Shown here one piece after another: positions 42,842 through 55,516 of a stretch of DNA of 64,000 nt. The notes beneath the pieces were generated by a model. That model had not been told where the DNA came from. It saw nothing but the letters and a program-made list of their open reading frames with translations, and searched no databases. Source of the stretch: Eledone cirrhosa (Eukaryota); assembly GCA_964016885.1 (NCBI GenBank), contig OZ024744.1, forward strand, positions 29,760,001 to 29,824,000, written 5' to 3'. Each line of letters opens with the position of its first letter. Positions within the stretch are counted from its first letter, which is position 1. A program made the position numbers and the translations under genes.

Positions 42842-44596
42842 TAACATTATTCTAGAATTTAATTTAATTTAAATGTTAGTTAACCTGTAAATTTAATTTA
42901 ATTAATATTTTATTACAGATGAGAAAATATTATGTAATCATAAATTTTGAAAAACCTTTAAATATTACTAATATATACTCAGTAATTTAATTTATAGATT
43001 AATTTTAATTTATTTTAACCTTTTATTATAATTTTTTTTTATTATAATTCTTTTACAGATAAAATATAACAAAATAATATCATGTATCCAATGACGGAGA
43101 AAGAATTTTTAGTATTATAGACCTAATTAATATACATTTTGGAAATATATTTATTATTTGGTTTTAGTTTTAATCAACCTAAAACTTTAATTTTAATTTG
43201 CTTAAAATTAGTATCCTTGTACAGACGAATTGCAGAATGTCATGTAATCATAGAATGGGATGTGTTTTGGATATATACCTAGTTAATATATTCTGTGCAA
43301 TTTTTTGAAAAAGGTATGTATATCTATATGTATATGTATATGTGTGTGTTGTGTATGTGTATCTGTATGTATGTTTATGTGAGTATATATGTATATATGT
43401 GTATATATATGTATATATATATATATATGTGTGTATATGTATATATATGTGTATGTGTATGTATATGTATATGTATGCGTATTAATTTTGATTTTTATTT
43501 GCATATAATTATATTATGCTATTGATGAAATACAATATCTGCTTTATGTATTGTATACCTAATTAACATATACTAATTAACGTATACTATTGAAATAAAT
43601 ATATAATTTTTAATTTAGTTAACATATAATTTATATGCTACTACCGATGTAATACTTTATTTTATTTTTATTTGGGTTTCTTTTCCCTATTACTAAATTC
43701 ATCTCCTAATATTGATACCATAACGTTATTAACTTTAATTTAGTTATAATGTAATTAATAATCTACTACTGTTTGACTTCATAATTCTGCTTCAAATATT
43801 ATAAACCTAACAAATTTACACCTTGGAAATCAATATGTTGACTATCTTTGGTTTAGTTAACATATGATTAATGGTATACTTTTTTATTTTGAGATGCATA
43901 GATTTCGTATTTCCTAGCACTGAAAATATGTAAGAACATACATTGAATTAAGATACGGAAAATATTATATGTTTCTTGAAACATATATTTACTTTGATCC
44001 CCTTCTCCAAACCCCCCCTTTCCCCCATACTATTATCATCTGTTTTTGTAAGCGTATATGTATGAATATATGTGTAGGTGGGTGTCTATATAGGTTTTGG
44101 TATTTATTTCTAAATATAAAAATACATATATGAGCATGTAAATATGAATGTAAGATTGAGTGTGTATATATGATTGTACATACATATGTATGTATATATA
44201 TGTATATATATGTATTATATATGTATGTGTATGTGAATGTGTGGTATGTATATGTGTATGTATATGTATATATGTGTATGTATGTGTATGCTTGTATATA
44301 GGAATATATATATGTGTATATATGTATGTATATGTATATGCGTGTTTGTATGTATGTGTATATGGGTTCTGTATATATTTGTATGTCTCTCTATTTATAT
44401 GTTTATCTTCGTATCTATGTGATATATGTGTGTGTGTGTGCACGTATGCATATGTATGTGTTTGTGTGTGTTTGTATGTGTGTGTGTATATATATGTGTA
44501 TTTGCGCACACTCACATACACATATATATATATATATATGTGAGTGTGTATGTGTGTCTGTGTGTGTGTGTGTGTGTGTATGTGTATATATATATG

Positions 44597-44628
<32 letters not shown>

Positions 44629-44630
44629 GA

Positions 44631-44662
<32 letters not shown>

Positions 44663-44752
44663 GGTGTCTATGTGTGAATATATGTCTTTATTCGTATGTG
44701 TGTATTTATGTATGTATATATTTATGTGTATGTATGTATGTGTATGTATGTA

Positions 44753-44807
<55 letters not shown>

Positions 44808-45102
44808 ATATTATTCTTTATTATTATTGTAATATAACTTATGTGTATATGTGTATAAGTGAGGTTGTGTATTATATATACTATGTGTATATATATGAGT
44901 AATGAAATATATATATATATATATATATATGTGCATGTCTGTTTTTTATGTGTGTGTATATATATATGTGTATGTGTATATATATGTGTGTATATATATG
45001 TGTAAGTGTGTGTATGTGGATATATATATATATATATATATATATACTTGTGGGTGTTTGTATGTGTATTTATGGTGGTATGAGTGTGTGGATATATATG
45101 TT

Positions 45103-45137
<35 letters not shown>

Positions 45138-45144
45138 GAGTCTA

Positions 45145-45201
<57 letters not shown>

Positions 45202-45971
45202 ATGTGTGTATGTGTTGCGCGTGTGTGTGTGTGTATTTATATCTTTTTATATGTGTATGTGTATGTTCGTGTAAATGTATGTGTGTGTATGACTGTATAG
45301 GTATGTGTGTATGTATGTATGTGTAGATATCTCTATGTGCGCGTACATGTATGTATGTGTATGTATATCTGTATGTGTATGTACATTATATTATATTTAT
45401 TATATTTTATTGTTTTTATTTTTTTATTTTTCTTAATTTATAGATACATTTATATTAGGCAGTCTGGTCTGACAATCTAATACTGACCCCTCCCCCCCCC
45501 CTCCCACCTAATTTCTGTATCTTGATCTTGAAAAATGTGTGTGCCAGTGTTTTATGTGAGTGACTTAATTTCTATTTGCTTATGATTTTATATCCACATA
45601 TATAAATGTGAGTGGGGGAGTGTGTGTGTTTGTATGTTCGTGGTTATGTGTATATTTATGCATATACGCACATGTATGTGTGATTATACTGATATGTGTG
45701 AGTATGAAAAAAATATATTTATATGCTTGACTCCATAAGTATCATTGCGTATCTTATCAGCGCATTAAGCTTACAGAGATATTAACCTTGAAATTTTGTG
45801 TTTGCATCCATCTTTTTAGTATGCACATACAAATTATACACACATTATTGTAAAATATGTGTAAGGTTTTTACATGTATATACACACACCAAACTGCTTT
45901 TAACCCTTTGTGTTTTCATTGGTCAATTTTGAACTGATATTTTGAATTGTTGTTATTATCAATAAATATAC

Positions 45972-46126
45972 TTCATTATTTCTGAAGACGGCGTATATAT
46001 GAGTTAGGTATGTATATTTAATCTTGATAATTTGTATAATTTTGTATAATTTTGTACATAGATCTGTTAAATATGCATACCAATTATAACACATATATAC
46101 CCTAGAAACGATCGTTAAATAGTGAA
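45972..46126 (+). ncRNA. Type I hammerhead ribozyme (PLE copy 2)
   Basis: Same sequence as 39900-40054: CTGAAGA 45982-45988, GAAA 46105-46108. Confidence 0.85.
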
Positions 46127-46311
46127 CTTTTTTTGTTTAATATAAGGAATTGTTTGTTCATTATTTGTTTAATATTTTATCTTGACTCTGTATACCGTTT
46201 ATCTTTCACCGAAAGTGGATTTTCATTACATCTCTTCTTTCCATGATATCCGGAATACATTGAGTTCTTCATACGGATTGGACACTACCGTAAACTCTTG
46301 GTAGATTTATC

Positions 46312-46382
<71 letters not shown>

Positions 46383-46389
<7 letters not shown>

Positions 46390-47030
46390 TATGTACACGT
46401 ACATACATATATGTATACAGGCGTACATTAGTATGTATATATATATATATACATACATGCACACATATATATATGTACGTATGGATTCACCGAACATTTA
46501 TTATAATGCTCGGTGTGTTTGTAAACAAACATCCCGTATTAATCGGTAGTGTCTAGCAACCATCGTTGCTCGTTTGTTCAACACTGACAAAGGAACACTG
46601 TACTAGTTTCAAGCTTATGTTTGTACATATAATTAACCTCCTATTCAACTGAACAATCATATAGATACATGGATATTAATGTAAACAATAGTTTCGTATT
46701 TACAGGTGGAATGGATGCGACATAGAGTACAAGAGAATTGTACAATAATTAAAATTAAAAATTAAAAATTAAAAAGGTACAGAGAGGAATACAAGCGACA
46801 GAGATTATAAGGGAATAGTATAACAATAAAAGAGGCATTAAGGTAGAAATTTACTCGTAAAACGAGGACATTAGCAGTACAAACGTAAAGAGAGTGTATA
46901 TGTACTGCTAGTGTCCTCGTTTTACGAGTAACATTCTACCTTAATGCCTCTTTTATTGTTATACTATTCCCTTATAATCTCTGTCGCTTGTATTCCACTC
47001 TGTACCTTTTTAATTTTATATATTTTATAT
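46383..47030. mobile_element. Non-coding insertion with 117-bp inverted arms (46765-46881 / 46901-47017); left part shared with 57651-57825
   Basis: Arms are visibly complementary with a few mismatches. 46383-46560 matches 57651-57825. The minus strand has GACACTACCG, as in the Naiad 3' end. Confidence 0.7.
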
Positions 47031-47236
47031 ATATATACGTGTGATATTGACGGACATAAGAAAGATTACTCAATACCGGAGTAGAGTTGAAATATTCTTT
47101 ATTATTGATAAGTAGAAAGAGAGAGAAAGAGAGAAAGGGAGAGAGAGATAGATAGATATAGATAGAGAGAGAGAGAGAGGGAGAGAGAGAGAGGGGGAGT
47201 GAGTGAGAGAGAGAGAGGGAGAGAAAGATAGAGAGT

Positions 47237-49359
47237 GAGAGTCACTCCAGGTAGAACCACTCCGGGCAGAGTCACTCCAGGTAGAGTCACTCCGAGTAGA
47301 GCTGCTACTTGGACATGTGGTTATCGGAACTGTGATCTCACAATTCGGAGAAGAAGCAGCTCTACATGGAGGGACTCTACGTGGAGTGACTCTACATGGA
47401 GTGACTCTACATGGAGGGACTCTACCTGGAGGGACTCTACGTGGAGTGACTCTACCTGGAGTGACTCTACGTGGAGTGACTCTACCTGGAGTGACTCTAC
47501 GTGGAGTGACTCTACCTGGAGTGACTCTACCCGGAGTGAGTCTACATGGAGTGACTCTATATGGAGGGACTCTACCTGGAGTGACTCTACGTGCAGTGAA
47601 TCTATCTGGAGTGACTCTACCTGGAGTGAATCTACCTGGAGTGACTCTACCGGGAGTGACTCTACCTGGAGTGACTCTACGTGGAGTGACTCTACCTGGA
47701 GTGACTCTACCTGGAGTGACTCTACCTGGAGTGACACTACGTGGAGTGACTCTACCTGGAGTGATTCTACGTGGAGTGAATCTACCTGGAGTGAATCTAC
47801 CTGGAGTGACTCTACGTGGAGTGACTCTACCTGGAGTGACTCTACCCGGAGTGAGTCTACATGGAGTGACTCTATATGGAGGGACTCTACCTGGAGTGAC
47901 TCTACGTGCAGTGAATCTATCTGGAGTGACTCTACCTGGAGTGAATCTACCTGGAGTGACTCTACCGGGAGTGACTCTACCTGGAGTGACTCTACGTGGA
48001 GTGACTCTACCTGGTGTGACTCTACCTGAAGTGACTCTACCTGGAGTGACACTACGTGGAGTGACTCCACATGTAGTGACTCTACGTGGAGTGACTCTAC
48101 CTGGAGTGATTCTACCCGGAGTGACTCTACATGAAGTGACTCTACCTGGAGTGACTCTACCTGGAGTGACTCTACGTGGAGTGAATCTACCTGGAGTGAC
48201 TCTACCGGGAGTGACTCTACCTGGAGTGACTCTACGTGGAGTGACTCTGCGTGGAGTGACTCTACCTGGAGTGACTCAACCTGGAATGACTCTACGTGGA
48301 GTTACTCTACCTGGAGTGACTCTACCTGGAGTGACTCTACCTGGAGTGACTCTACCTGGAGTGACTCTACCTGGAATGACTCTACGTGGAGTGACTCTAC
48401 CTGGAGTGACTCTACCTGGAGTGACTCTACCTGGAGTGACTCTACCTGGAGTGACTCTACGTGGAGTGACTCTGCGTGGAGTGACTCTACCTGGAGTGAC
48501 TCTACCTGGAATGACTCTACGTGGAATGATTCTACCTGGAGTGACTCTACGTGGAGTGACTCTACCTGGAGTGACTCTACCTGGAGTGACTCTACGTGAA
48601 GTGACTCCACATGTAGTGACTCTACCTGGAGTGACTCTACGTGGAGTGACTCTACCTGGAGTGATTCTACCCGGAGTGACTCTATATGGAGTGACTCTAC
48701 CTGGAGTGACTCCACATGGAGTGACTCTACCTGGAATGACTCTACGTGGAGTGACTCTACATGGAGTGACTCTACCTGGAGTGACTCTACCTGGAGTGAC
48801 TCTACGTGGAGTGACTCCACATGTAGTGACTCTACGTGGAGTGACTCTACCTGGAGTGATTCTACCCGGAGTGACTCTACCTGGAGTGACTCTACCTGGA
48901 GTGACTCTACGTGGAGTGACTCTACGTGGAGTGACTCTGCGTGGAGTGACTCTACCTGGAGTGACTCTACCTGGAATGACTCTACGTGGAGTGACTCTAC
49001 CTGGAGTGACTCTACCTGGAGTGACTCTATCTGGAGTGACTCTACCTGGAGTGACTCTACCTGGAGTGACTCTACCTGGAGTGACTCTACCTGGAGTGAC
49101 TCTACCTGGAGTGACTCTACCTGGAGTGACTCTACCTGGAGTGACTCTACCTGGAGTGACTCTACCTGGAATGACTCTACGTGGAGTGACTCTACCTGGA
49201 GTGACTCTACCTGGAGTGACTCTATCTGGAGTGACTCTACCTGGAGTGACTCTACCTGGAGTGACTCTACCTGGAGTGACTCTACCTGGAGTGACTCTAC
49301 CTGGAGTGACTCTACCTGGAGTGACTCTACCTGGAGTGACTCTACCTGGAGTGACTCTC
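47237..49359. repeat. 15-bp minisatellite (GTGACTCTACCTGGA, ~133 units, 47361-49359) preceded by ~4 inverted units (47237-47310)
   Basis: Periodicity is directly visible. The left block reads AGAGTCACTCCAGGT (reverse complement). Internal 315-bp duplication at 47521/47836. Confidence 0.97.
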
Positions 49360-49701
49360 TGATCTCCGAGCTACGAACTCTACTATATTTGATTTATTTA
49401 CACGAATTTGTCTAAAACTGCGATCCTTTAGAGTTCCATATATAAAACCACCTTGGCAGCCGGACTACTTGCCTGCCCACCATGCCCATCTCGATAAAAT
49501 TGTGTTTCTCCTCAAACTTCCAGGCCTCCTCTTATCAAGCGTTAAACTAATAGATATATCTTCATTGTACTGTATTGATTTCCTGTGTTGTTTTTCCTTG
49601 TTGACCTGTCGAATACATACATATATATAAATACACACATATAGACATACATGCAGACATCCATATATGCATCCATATATACATATATGCATACACACAC
49701 A

Positions 49702-49847
<146 letters not shown>

Positions 49848-50433
49848 CAGTAATCCCCCGTTTATATCGGGTGATACGTTCCAGAACCAACCGCGATAAA
49901 TGAAAATCCGCGATAGAGAGAGACCATAAAAACAATTGTTGTTTTCATAGTTTAAACCTTTAAGCATTTACATTACTCTTTATTCTCTATTGTATTTTTG
50001 CAGTAAAAGCTTTATCTCAAATATTATCTCACATGATATCGAATCTGAGATTTTGATATTATTTATTTTGTATACAATACCTTAACATCAGTATAAGTGG
50101 CTAGTTAGGTCCGATTGAACAGAAAGAGGTGAGAAAATTCTGGCCGGATAAGGCCAGTTTAAATGCTAAAGGGTTAAGCCTTAAAATACCTCTCATACAC
50201 GCTTTAAGTACATATTAACTCATTAAAACACACTTTAGTATTTAAACACCAAAACAGCCAGTAACGATCGTATAGAAACTATCACCAACCAACGTACCAC
50301 TAGTTACCAATTAAGATCACTGCCAACCACGGTAGCCACTTGGTAAAGCACTGAAATTAGATACTTTCCAAAGAAAATTCCACGATGTAGCCTGACCGCG
50401 AAAAGTGAACCACGATATAGCGGGGGATAACTA
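49848..50433. mobile_element. Non-autonomous Tc1/mariner (pogo/Tigger-like) element
   Basis: Imperfect TIRs CAGTAATCCCCCGTTTATATCG ... CGATATAGCGGGGGATAACTA, flanked by TA; no ORF. Confidence 0.75.
49956..50173. mobile_element. piggyBac-like MITE nested in the Tigger-like element
   Basis: TTAA at 49952-49955 and 50174-50177; imperfect TIRs ACCTTTAAGCATTTA / TAAATGCTAAAGGG. Confidence 0.7.
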
Positions 50434-50577
50434 TATATATATATATATATAAATAGTTGGAAGTGATATTTTAGTATTTAATATACTATATATATATATA
50501 TATATATATATGGGATAAGTTATCATTATAGGTAAACCCTTCTTGTACTGTTGACCATGTTATTCTTCACTCTTTCA

Positions 50578-50918
<341 letters not shown>

Positions 50919-51037
50919 CGTGAATAGACCCATGGAAAACGCTTGCTGAACATACAAACCGAAACTGCTTGCCACCACGGTCGGGATTTACATCTCTCTC
51001 TATATATAAATATATATGTGTGTGTGTGTGTGTGTAA

Positions 51038-51121
<84 letters not shown>

Positions 51122-51432
51122 TTGGGTTAACCTGAGCAGAGTGGAGAAGAGTTTACTCCAGCCCCCCGGGTAAGTAGAGACCACTACATGAAAGGCTATG
51201 AGATGGGAGAGACATCACGTCGGTGGGCCGGAGCCTCTAATCTTTGACGAGTGATACGAATCAGTTGGGTGGTCCTTTTATTTTAAATGTTGTCTGGTAT
51301 ATCTACGTGTGCAGTTGTAAGCCAGTCACAGATGTAGGGACTGTAGTATCTGAGATATAAGTAATTACCTATATAGCTGTCAATGTCCAAATTAAATTAT
51401 CTAGGGGGATGTGTGTATATTATATTTATTGG

Positions 51433-51618
51433 ATTGACAGTATCAGTAGAATGTCGGACGCCATGCTTTACAGCATACATTTACGGCCCTTTACGTTCTG
51501 AGTTCAAATACCGTCGAGGTTAACTTTGCCTTTCATTCTTACGGGGGTTGATTATATAAAGTACCAGTAATACACTGAAAAAAAATGCTGGTCTTGCGTC
51601 AAAAGTAGAAACAATTAT
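51433..51618 (+). mobile_element. tRNA-derived SINE (same family as 31850)
   Basis: GAGTTCAAATACCG..GGTTAACTTTGCCTTTCATTCTTACGGGGGTTGAT core plus the family tail. Confidence 0.85.
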
Positions 51619-51755
51619 ATTTGGCCGCTCCCTGGGTCCAGAGCCTCTCATCCACCCCTCCCCTTCCCATCTTTCTGTGACTCTAAAGCCCTTGCTTTTC
51701 CCTTCCCTTTTCACTTAAAAATATTAATAAAGTTTTCTTTAGTGTAAAGAAAGAA

Positions 51756-51862
51756 GGCGTTGTGGCATTCATTCCGCTCCGGCTCTCAGAACTGAGTTCA
51801 AATCAGGCCGAGATCAACTTTGTCTTTCATCATTTACAGGTCGATAAATCATTAGTTCAGTA
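51756..51862 (+). mobile_element. Older degenerate tRNA-SINE fragment
   Basis: CTGAGTTCAAATCAGGCCGAGATCAACTTTGTCTTTCATC..GGTCGATAAA. Confidence 0.65.
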
Positions 51863-51950
51863 TTGTGGCCGATTCTTGCTCCACATCTCTTTAATATCTC
51901 CCCTCTCTGTCTCTCTCTCTCCCTCTCTCTCTCTCTCACTCACTCCCCCC

Positions 51951-51982
<32 letters not shown>

Positions 51983-52225
51983 CTCTCTCTCTCTATCTCT
52001 ATCTATCTCTATCTCTCTATCTCTATCTATCTCTATCTCTCTCTCTCTTTCTCTCGTTCGCACAAACACATTGACTCTCACCATCACATACGCATACTCT
52101 CTCGCTCTCTCATACACATATACTCTCTTTCTCTCTCTCTGGAAGAAATCGGGTATGTTCAAATTTGGAGGGGAGATGGGCTCCCACTAGGTATAAAATA
52201 CCAAGACTAGTCATATGTCACTACG

Positions 52226-52292
<67 letters not shown>

Positions 52293-52298
<6 letters not shown>

Positions 52299-52764
52299 AT
52301 TAAATAAATGGAAAACTATATTTATAAAACCATATTTATTTCATTATATATATTTCGGGGATATCATATTAACAATATGCTATGCCTTCATCAGACAAAA
52401 TACAATATAAACAGTTTTATAGATAAATATATTCGACATACCGTAATAAACATCAACTTCATTTGAAGAGGTTTACGCTAGCAGTAACCTGCTAGCGTAA
52501 ACCTCTTCAAATGAAGTTGATGTTTATTACGGTATGTCGAATATATTTATCTATAAAACTGTTTATATTGTATTTTGTCTGATGAAGGCATAGCATATTG
52601 TTAATATGATATCCCCGAAATATATATAATGAAATAAATATGGTTTTATAAATATAGTTTTCCATTTATTTAATATTGTAAATATACTCCAAATATTTGT
52701 CGAGTGCTTTTATATCAGTTATAAATATTTACTAGTTGTAACCCAACAATTTTAAATATAACTT

Positions 52765-52768
<4 letters not shown>
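52293..52768. mobile_element. Fold-back PLE-derived insertion: 192-bp arms (52293-52484 / 52489-52680), 4-nt loop, 88-bp 3' extension, embedded in (TA)n
   Basis: Arms look perfectly complementary by eye. An HHR lies in each arm in opposite orientation. Confidence 0.85.
52571..52636 (+). ncRNA. Minimal type I hammerhead (mirror copy 52337-52402 on minus strand)
   Basis: Stem I TATTTTGT/ATGAAATA (two GU pairs); CTGATGA; stem II GG.ATA.CATATT/AATATG.TAT.CC; GAAA; palindromic ATATATAT stem III; AUA triplet. Confidence 0.7.
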
Positions 52769-52860
<92 letters not shown>

Positions 52861-52947
52861 CATGAATGGGCCTGTTATTTTTATCTGAAGACATTTTTTC
52901 CAATTCCATCCCGCCCGTCCCCTCAATCTATCTTATTTCTATTTCTT

Positions 52948-52983
52948 TCTTCTGATGAAGGACTAGCGTCCGAAACGTTAAGA
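52948..52983 (+). ncRNA. Minimal Penelope-type hammerhead
   Basis: TCTT-CTGATGA-A-GGAC-TAGC-GTCC-GAAA-CGTT-AAGA. Stem III is the loopless palindrome AACGTT, compatible only with dimer folding. Confidence 0.8.
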
Positions 52984-53239
52984 CCCACTTCCTGCTATTT
53001 CAAGCATTAACCTAATATATTCCTTTCATATACTGTACCGATTGTGTTGTTACTTCTGTTTACCTTTTGTTGTGTTGTTGTCTGGCATGTTCTTATAGTA
53101 CTGAACCGTTTTTTCGTCCTTTTAGTCCCCCCCAGTGTTGGTCTATCCTTTCACATATGCTACGAGCTGTCTCGCCTATGTATGTTGTTGTCATGTTTCT
53201 GTAAGTACCCTCTGTACATCTTATGCTATAGACTACGTT

Positions 53240-53590
53240 TCTAGTTTTACAGTTTATCCGGGGTTTACTTTACATATGATACATTTCCTATTAGTACAGT
53301 GGGTTTTTTTTAAAGGGTAGGTTTTGCTGATCAGGGATTTTATGGTGGTTCCTGGCTTTTCTACCACCTTAATCTTTAAGTGGGTCTTTCTCAGGGCCTT
53401 TCTACACTGGTTAGCTAATTTCCCTCCAGTGGTAGCGTCCACAAACATGACACTCTGGTATCTCTGGTTGTCGTACCATGAGGTGGCTTTCCCTATCTTA
53501 TGTCTAGTCCTATCTAAGCTATTCCATTATTTGCTCCTGTAATAATGGGCAAATTCCTTTCATGTCCAGTTCTATGAGGGTCTTATACAC
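53240..53590 (-). pseudogene. Fragment of a second PLE family (RT thumb to Cys-rich linker; Neptune/Nematis-like)
   Basis: Frameshifted translation YKTLIELDMKGICP/YRSK*WN...KATSWYDNQRYQSVMFVDATTGGKLA...IKVVEKPGTTIKSLISKTYPL...CTNRKCIIC; adjacent to an HHR-bearing repeat. Confidence 0.65.
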
Positions 53591-54019
53591 CCAAACACGA
53601 ACACACATCAAACAAAACACTATACACACAGGCAAACGCATGCGCAGAGAAGACAAAAAAATAAACAAATAAATAAATAAATAAACAGACTAAATAAAGA
53701 TGGCGTAGGCATACAATGCAACGGGAGGAAACATAATAGCACCACTGACGATGTTGCAGATGTGCAACGAAAGAACTTTGTTAGACTGTATATATGTGTT
53801 TGTGTCTATATTGTATCTGTATTTTTGACAGTCAATGGTAACATTGAGGACCGAATAAATTAAATTAACCGATATAAAAGACACAGAAGCGAAAAGCAAC
53901 CAAACAGTGAGTGTGTTCTGTTATTAATTGTGCCAATATTATTAGACAAATATGACCCTTCCCCAAGTATAACAATATTTGTTTCGACACACGATTTCAT
54001 ATCAAAATCCACGCAAAAC

Positions 54020-54058
<39 letters not shown>

Positions 54059-54069
54059 ATATATATACA

Positions 54070-54620
54070 TCGTGGCTGCCAACTCGTTTTCGAGTACGGC
54101 CACTACTTTATATCCATGTTGGAGAACCCCTACCGATGCGCTAAACAAGTGTGACTTTTAGTCCAGCCAGCGACTTGAAAACTCTGGTACAAACACCTGT
54201 GACAATTATTGACACATAGTGCTGGGCCCTTGGTACCATGTGACGACAAGTGTAGAGAGATCTCCAGATATAAAGCAATGCCTGTGCCGTGAAGCTTTTA
54301 TAGTGAGCAAAGGCACTGCACAAAGCCAGTCCCACTCTCTTAACCCAAGATGATATTTACCAAAAAGAAGAACAAGTCAACATCATTGGATACCATCAGG
54401 CTTGCAGGTGTTATATCAGAGTTTTCCTTCTCCTAGAATTCTGCCTTGACAAAGGCTAAGGGGTCATCTCTCCCGGTGATTTTGGATGGCCATTGACTCT
54501 TAAGAGCTCCTTTGCCCTTTGACAGGTTTTGGTTTTAGTCCTGCAGGATGTCCAAAGTCACCCTCCTCACCAAGAAACCTTGGTGGGGTTTCCAGTTTAG
54601 TCGCCAACGACCCGACCATG

Positions 54621-54624
<4 letters not shown>
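54070..54624 (-). mobile_element. ~0.5-kb dispersed repeat, copy 2 (see 34000-34545)
   Basis: Reverse-complement match, with two extra segments relative to copy 1. Confidence 0.8.
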
Positions 54625-54653
<29 letters not shown>

Positions 54654-54672
54654 CGTACATATATACATATAT

Positions 54673-54783
<111 letters not shown>

Positions 54784-54817
54784 ACTCACACACACACTTA
54801 CATATATATATATATGT

Positions 54818-55010
54818 AAAAGGTAAACAGAAATAACAACACAATCGGTACAGTTTATGGAAGGGATATATTAGGTTAACGCTTGAAATAGCAGGAAGTA
54901 GGCCTTAACGTTTTGGACGCTAGTCCTTCATCAGAAGAAAGAGTAATAAATAAGTTAGATTGAAGGGATGAGTGGGGTGGAATTGGAAAAAAATATCTTC
55001 AGATAGAAAA
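54818..55010 (-). mobile_element. Second copy of the pLTR-like repeat at ~52875-53070; its HHR (54903-54938) has GAAA mutated to AAAA
   Basis: Minus strand reads TCTTCTGATGAAGGACTAGCGTCCAAAACGTTAAGG; flanks align with 52875-53070. Confidence 0.8.
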
Positions 55011-55273
55011 GATTTGAGATTGGGGTTGTTGAGGGTGGGAGTGAAAAATAAATAGACGGGGGAGAAAAAGAAGGTGGCGTAAGAAGATTATAGTAGAGGT
55101 ATATATATATACATATATACATACATATATACGATATAAAGGACACAGGTGTTTTTTATTTTTCCGTACAATCGCATTTAAACCGAGCTGATGATCTGAA
55201 TAAGGTGAAACAATGATTCTCGGTGTAATGGTGAACTAACTGTTGTGGAACTACTTTTATATATATATATATA

Positions 55274-55461
55274 TAACGAAGGAAATGTGGTAAGGAACCA
55301 GGTGGACGCACCAAAGTACTCAATACTTAGGGTAGTAGAGTGGGTAATAGGAACGAGTAGGACCCCGACGGCTGAGCTCAAGCCGTTTCGACGGCTAATT
55401 CTGGACGTCCAGAATTAGCCGTCGAAACGGCTTGAGCTCAGCCGTCGGGGTCCTACTCGTT

Positions 55462-55466
<5 letters not shown>
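55274..55466. mobile_element. Insertion containing a perfect loopless 120-bp palindrome (55347-55466) plus a 73-bp extension, in (TA)n
   Basis: Centre GGAC|GTCC at 55406/55407. The terminus TAACGAAGGAA.TGTGGTAAGGAACCAG recurs at 58825. Confidence 0.85.

Positions 55467-55514
<48 letters not shown>

Positions 55515-55516
<2 letters not shown>

Larger units (their letters stand above)
34829..46317 (+). mobile_element. Penelope-like retroelement (Naiad-type), partial tandem: 5'-truncated copy 34829-40245 plus full 6072-bp unit 40246-46317, inserted in (TA)n
   Basis: 34829-40245 matches 40903-46317 (offset 6071-6075). The unit encodes RT + GIY-YIG and has an HHR near each 3' end. TA-rich sequence lies upstream and (TA)n directly follows 46317. 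Confidence 0.95.

Noticed and set aside
47317-49362. 681-aa (GVTLP)n pentapeptide-repeat ORF and overlapping (SDSTW)n / (VESLQ)n ORFs
   Set aside because: These follow from a 15-bp unit that is stop-free in several frames; no ATG-led gene context for the main ORF.
51238-51270. HHR-like TTGACGAGTGATACGAATC
   Set aside because: Both core boxes deviate and the stems are unconvincing.
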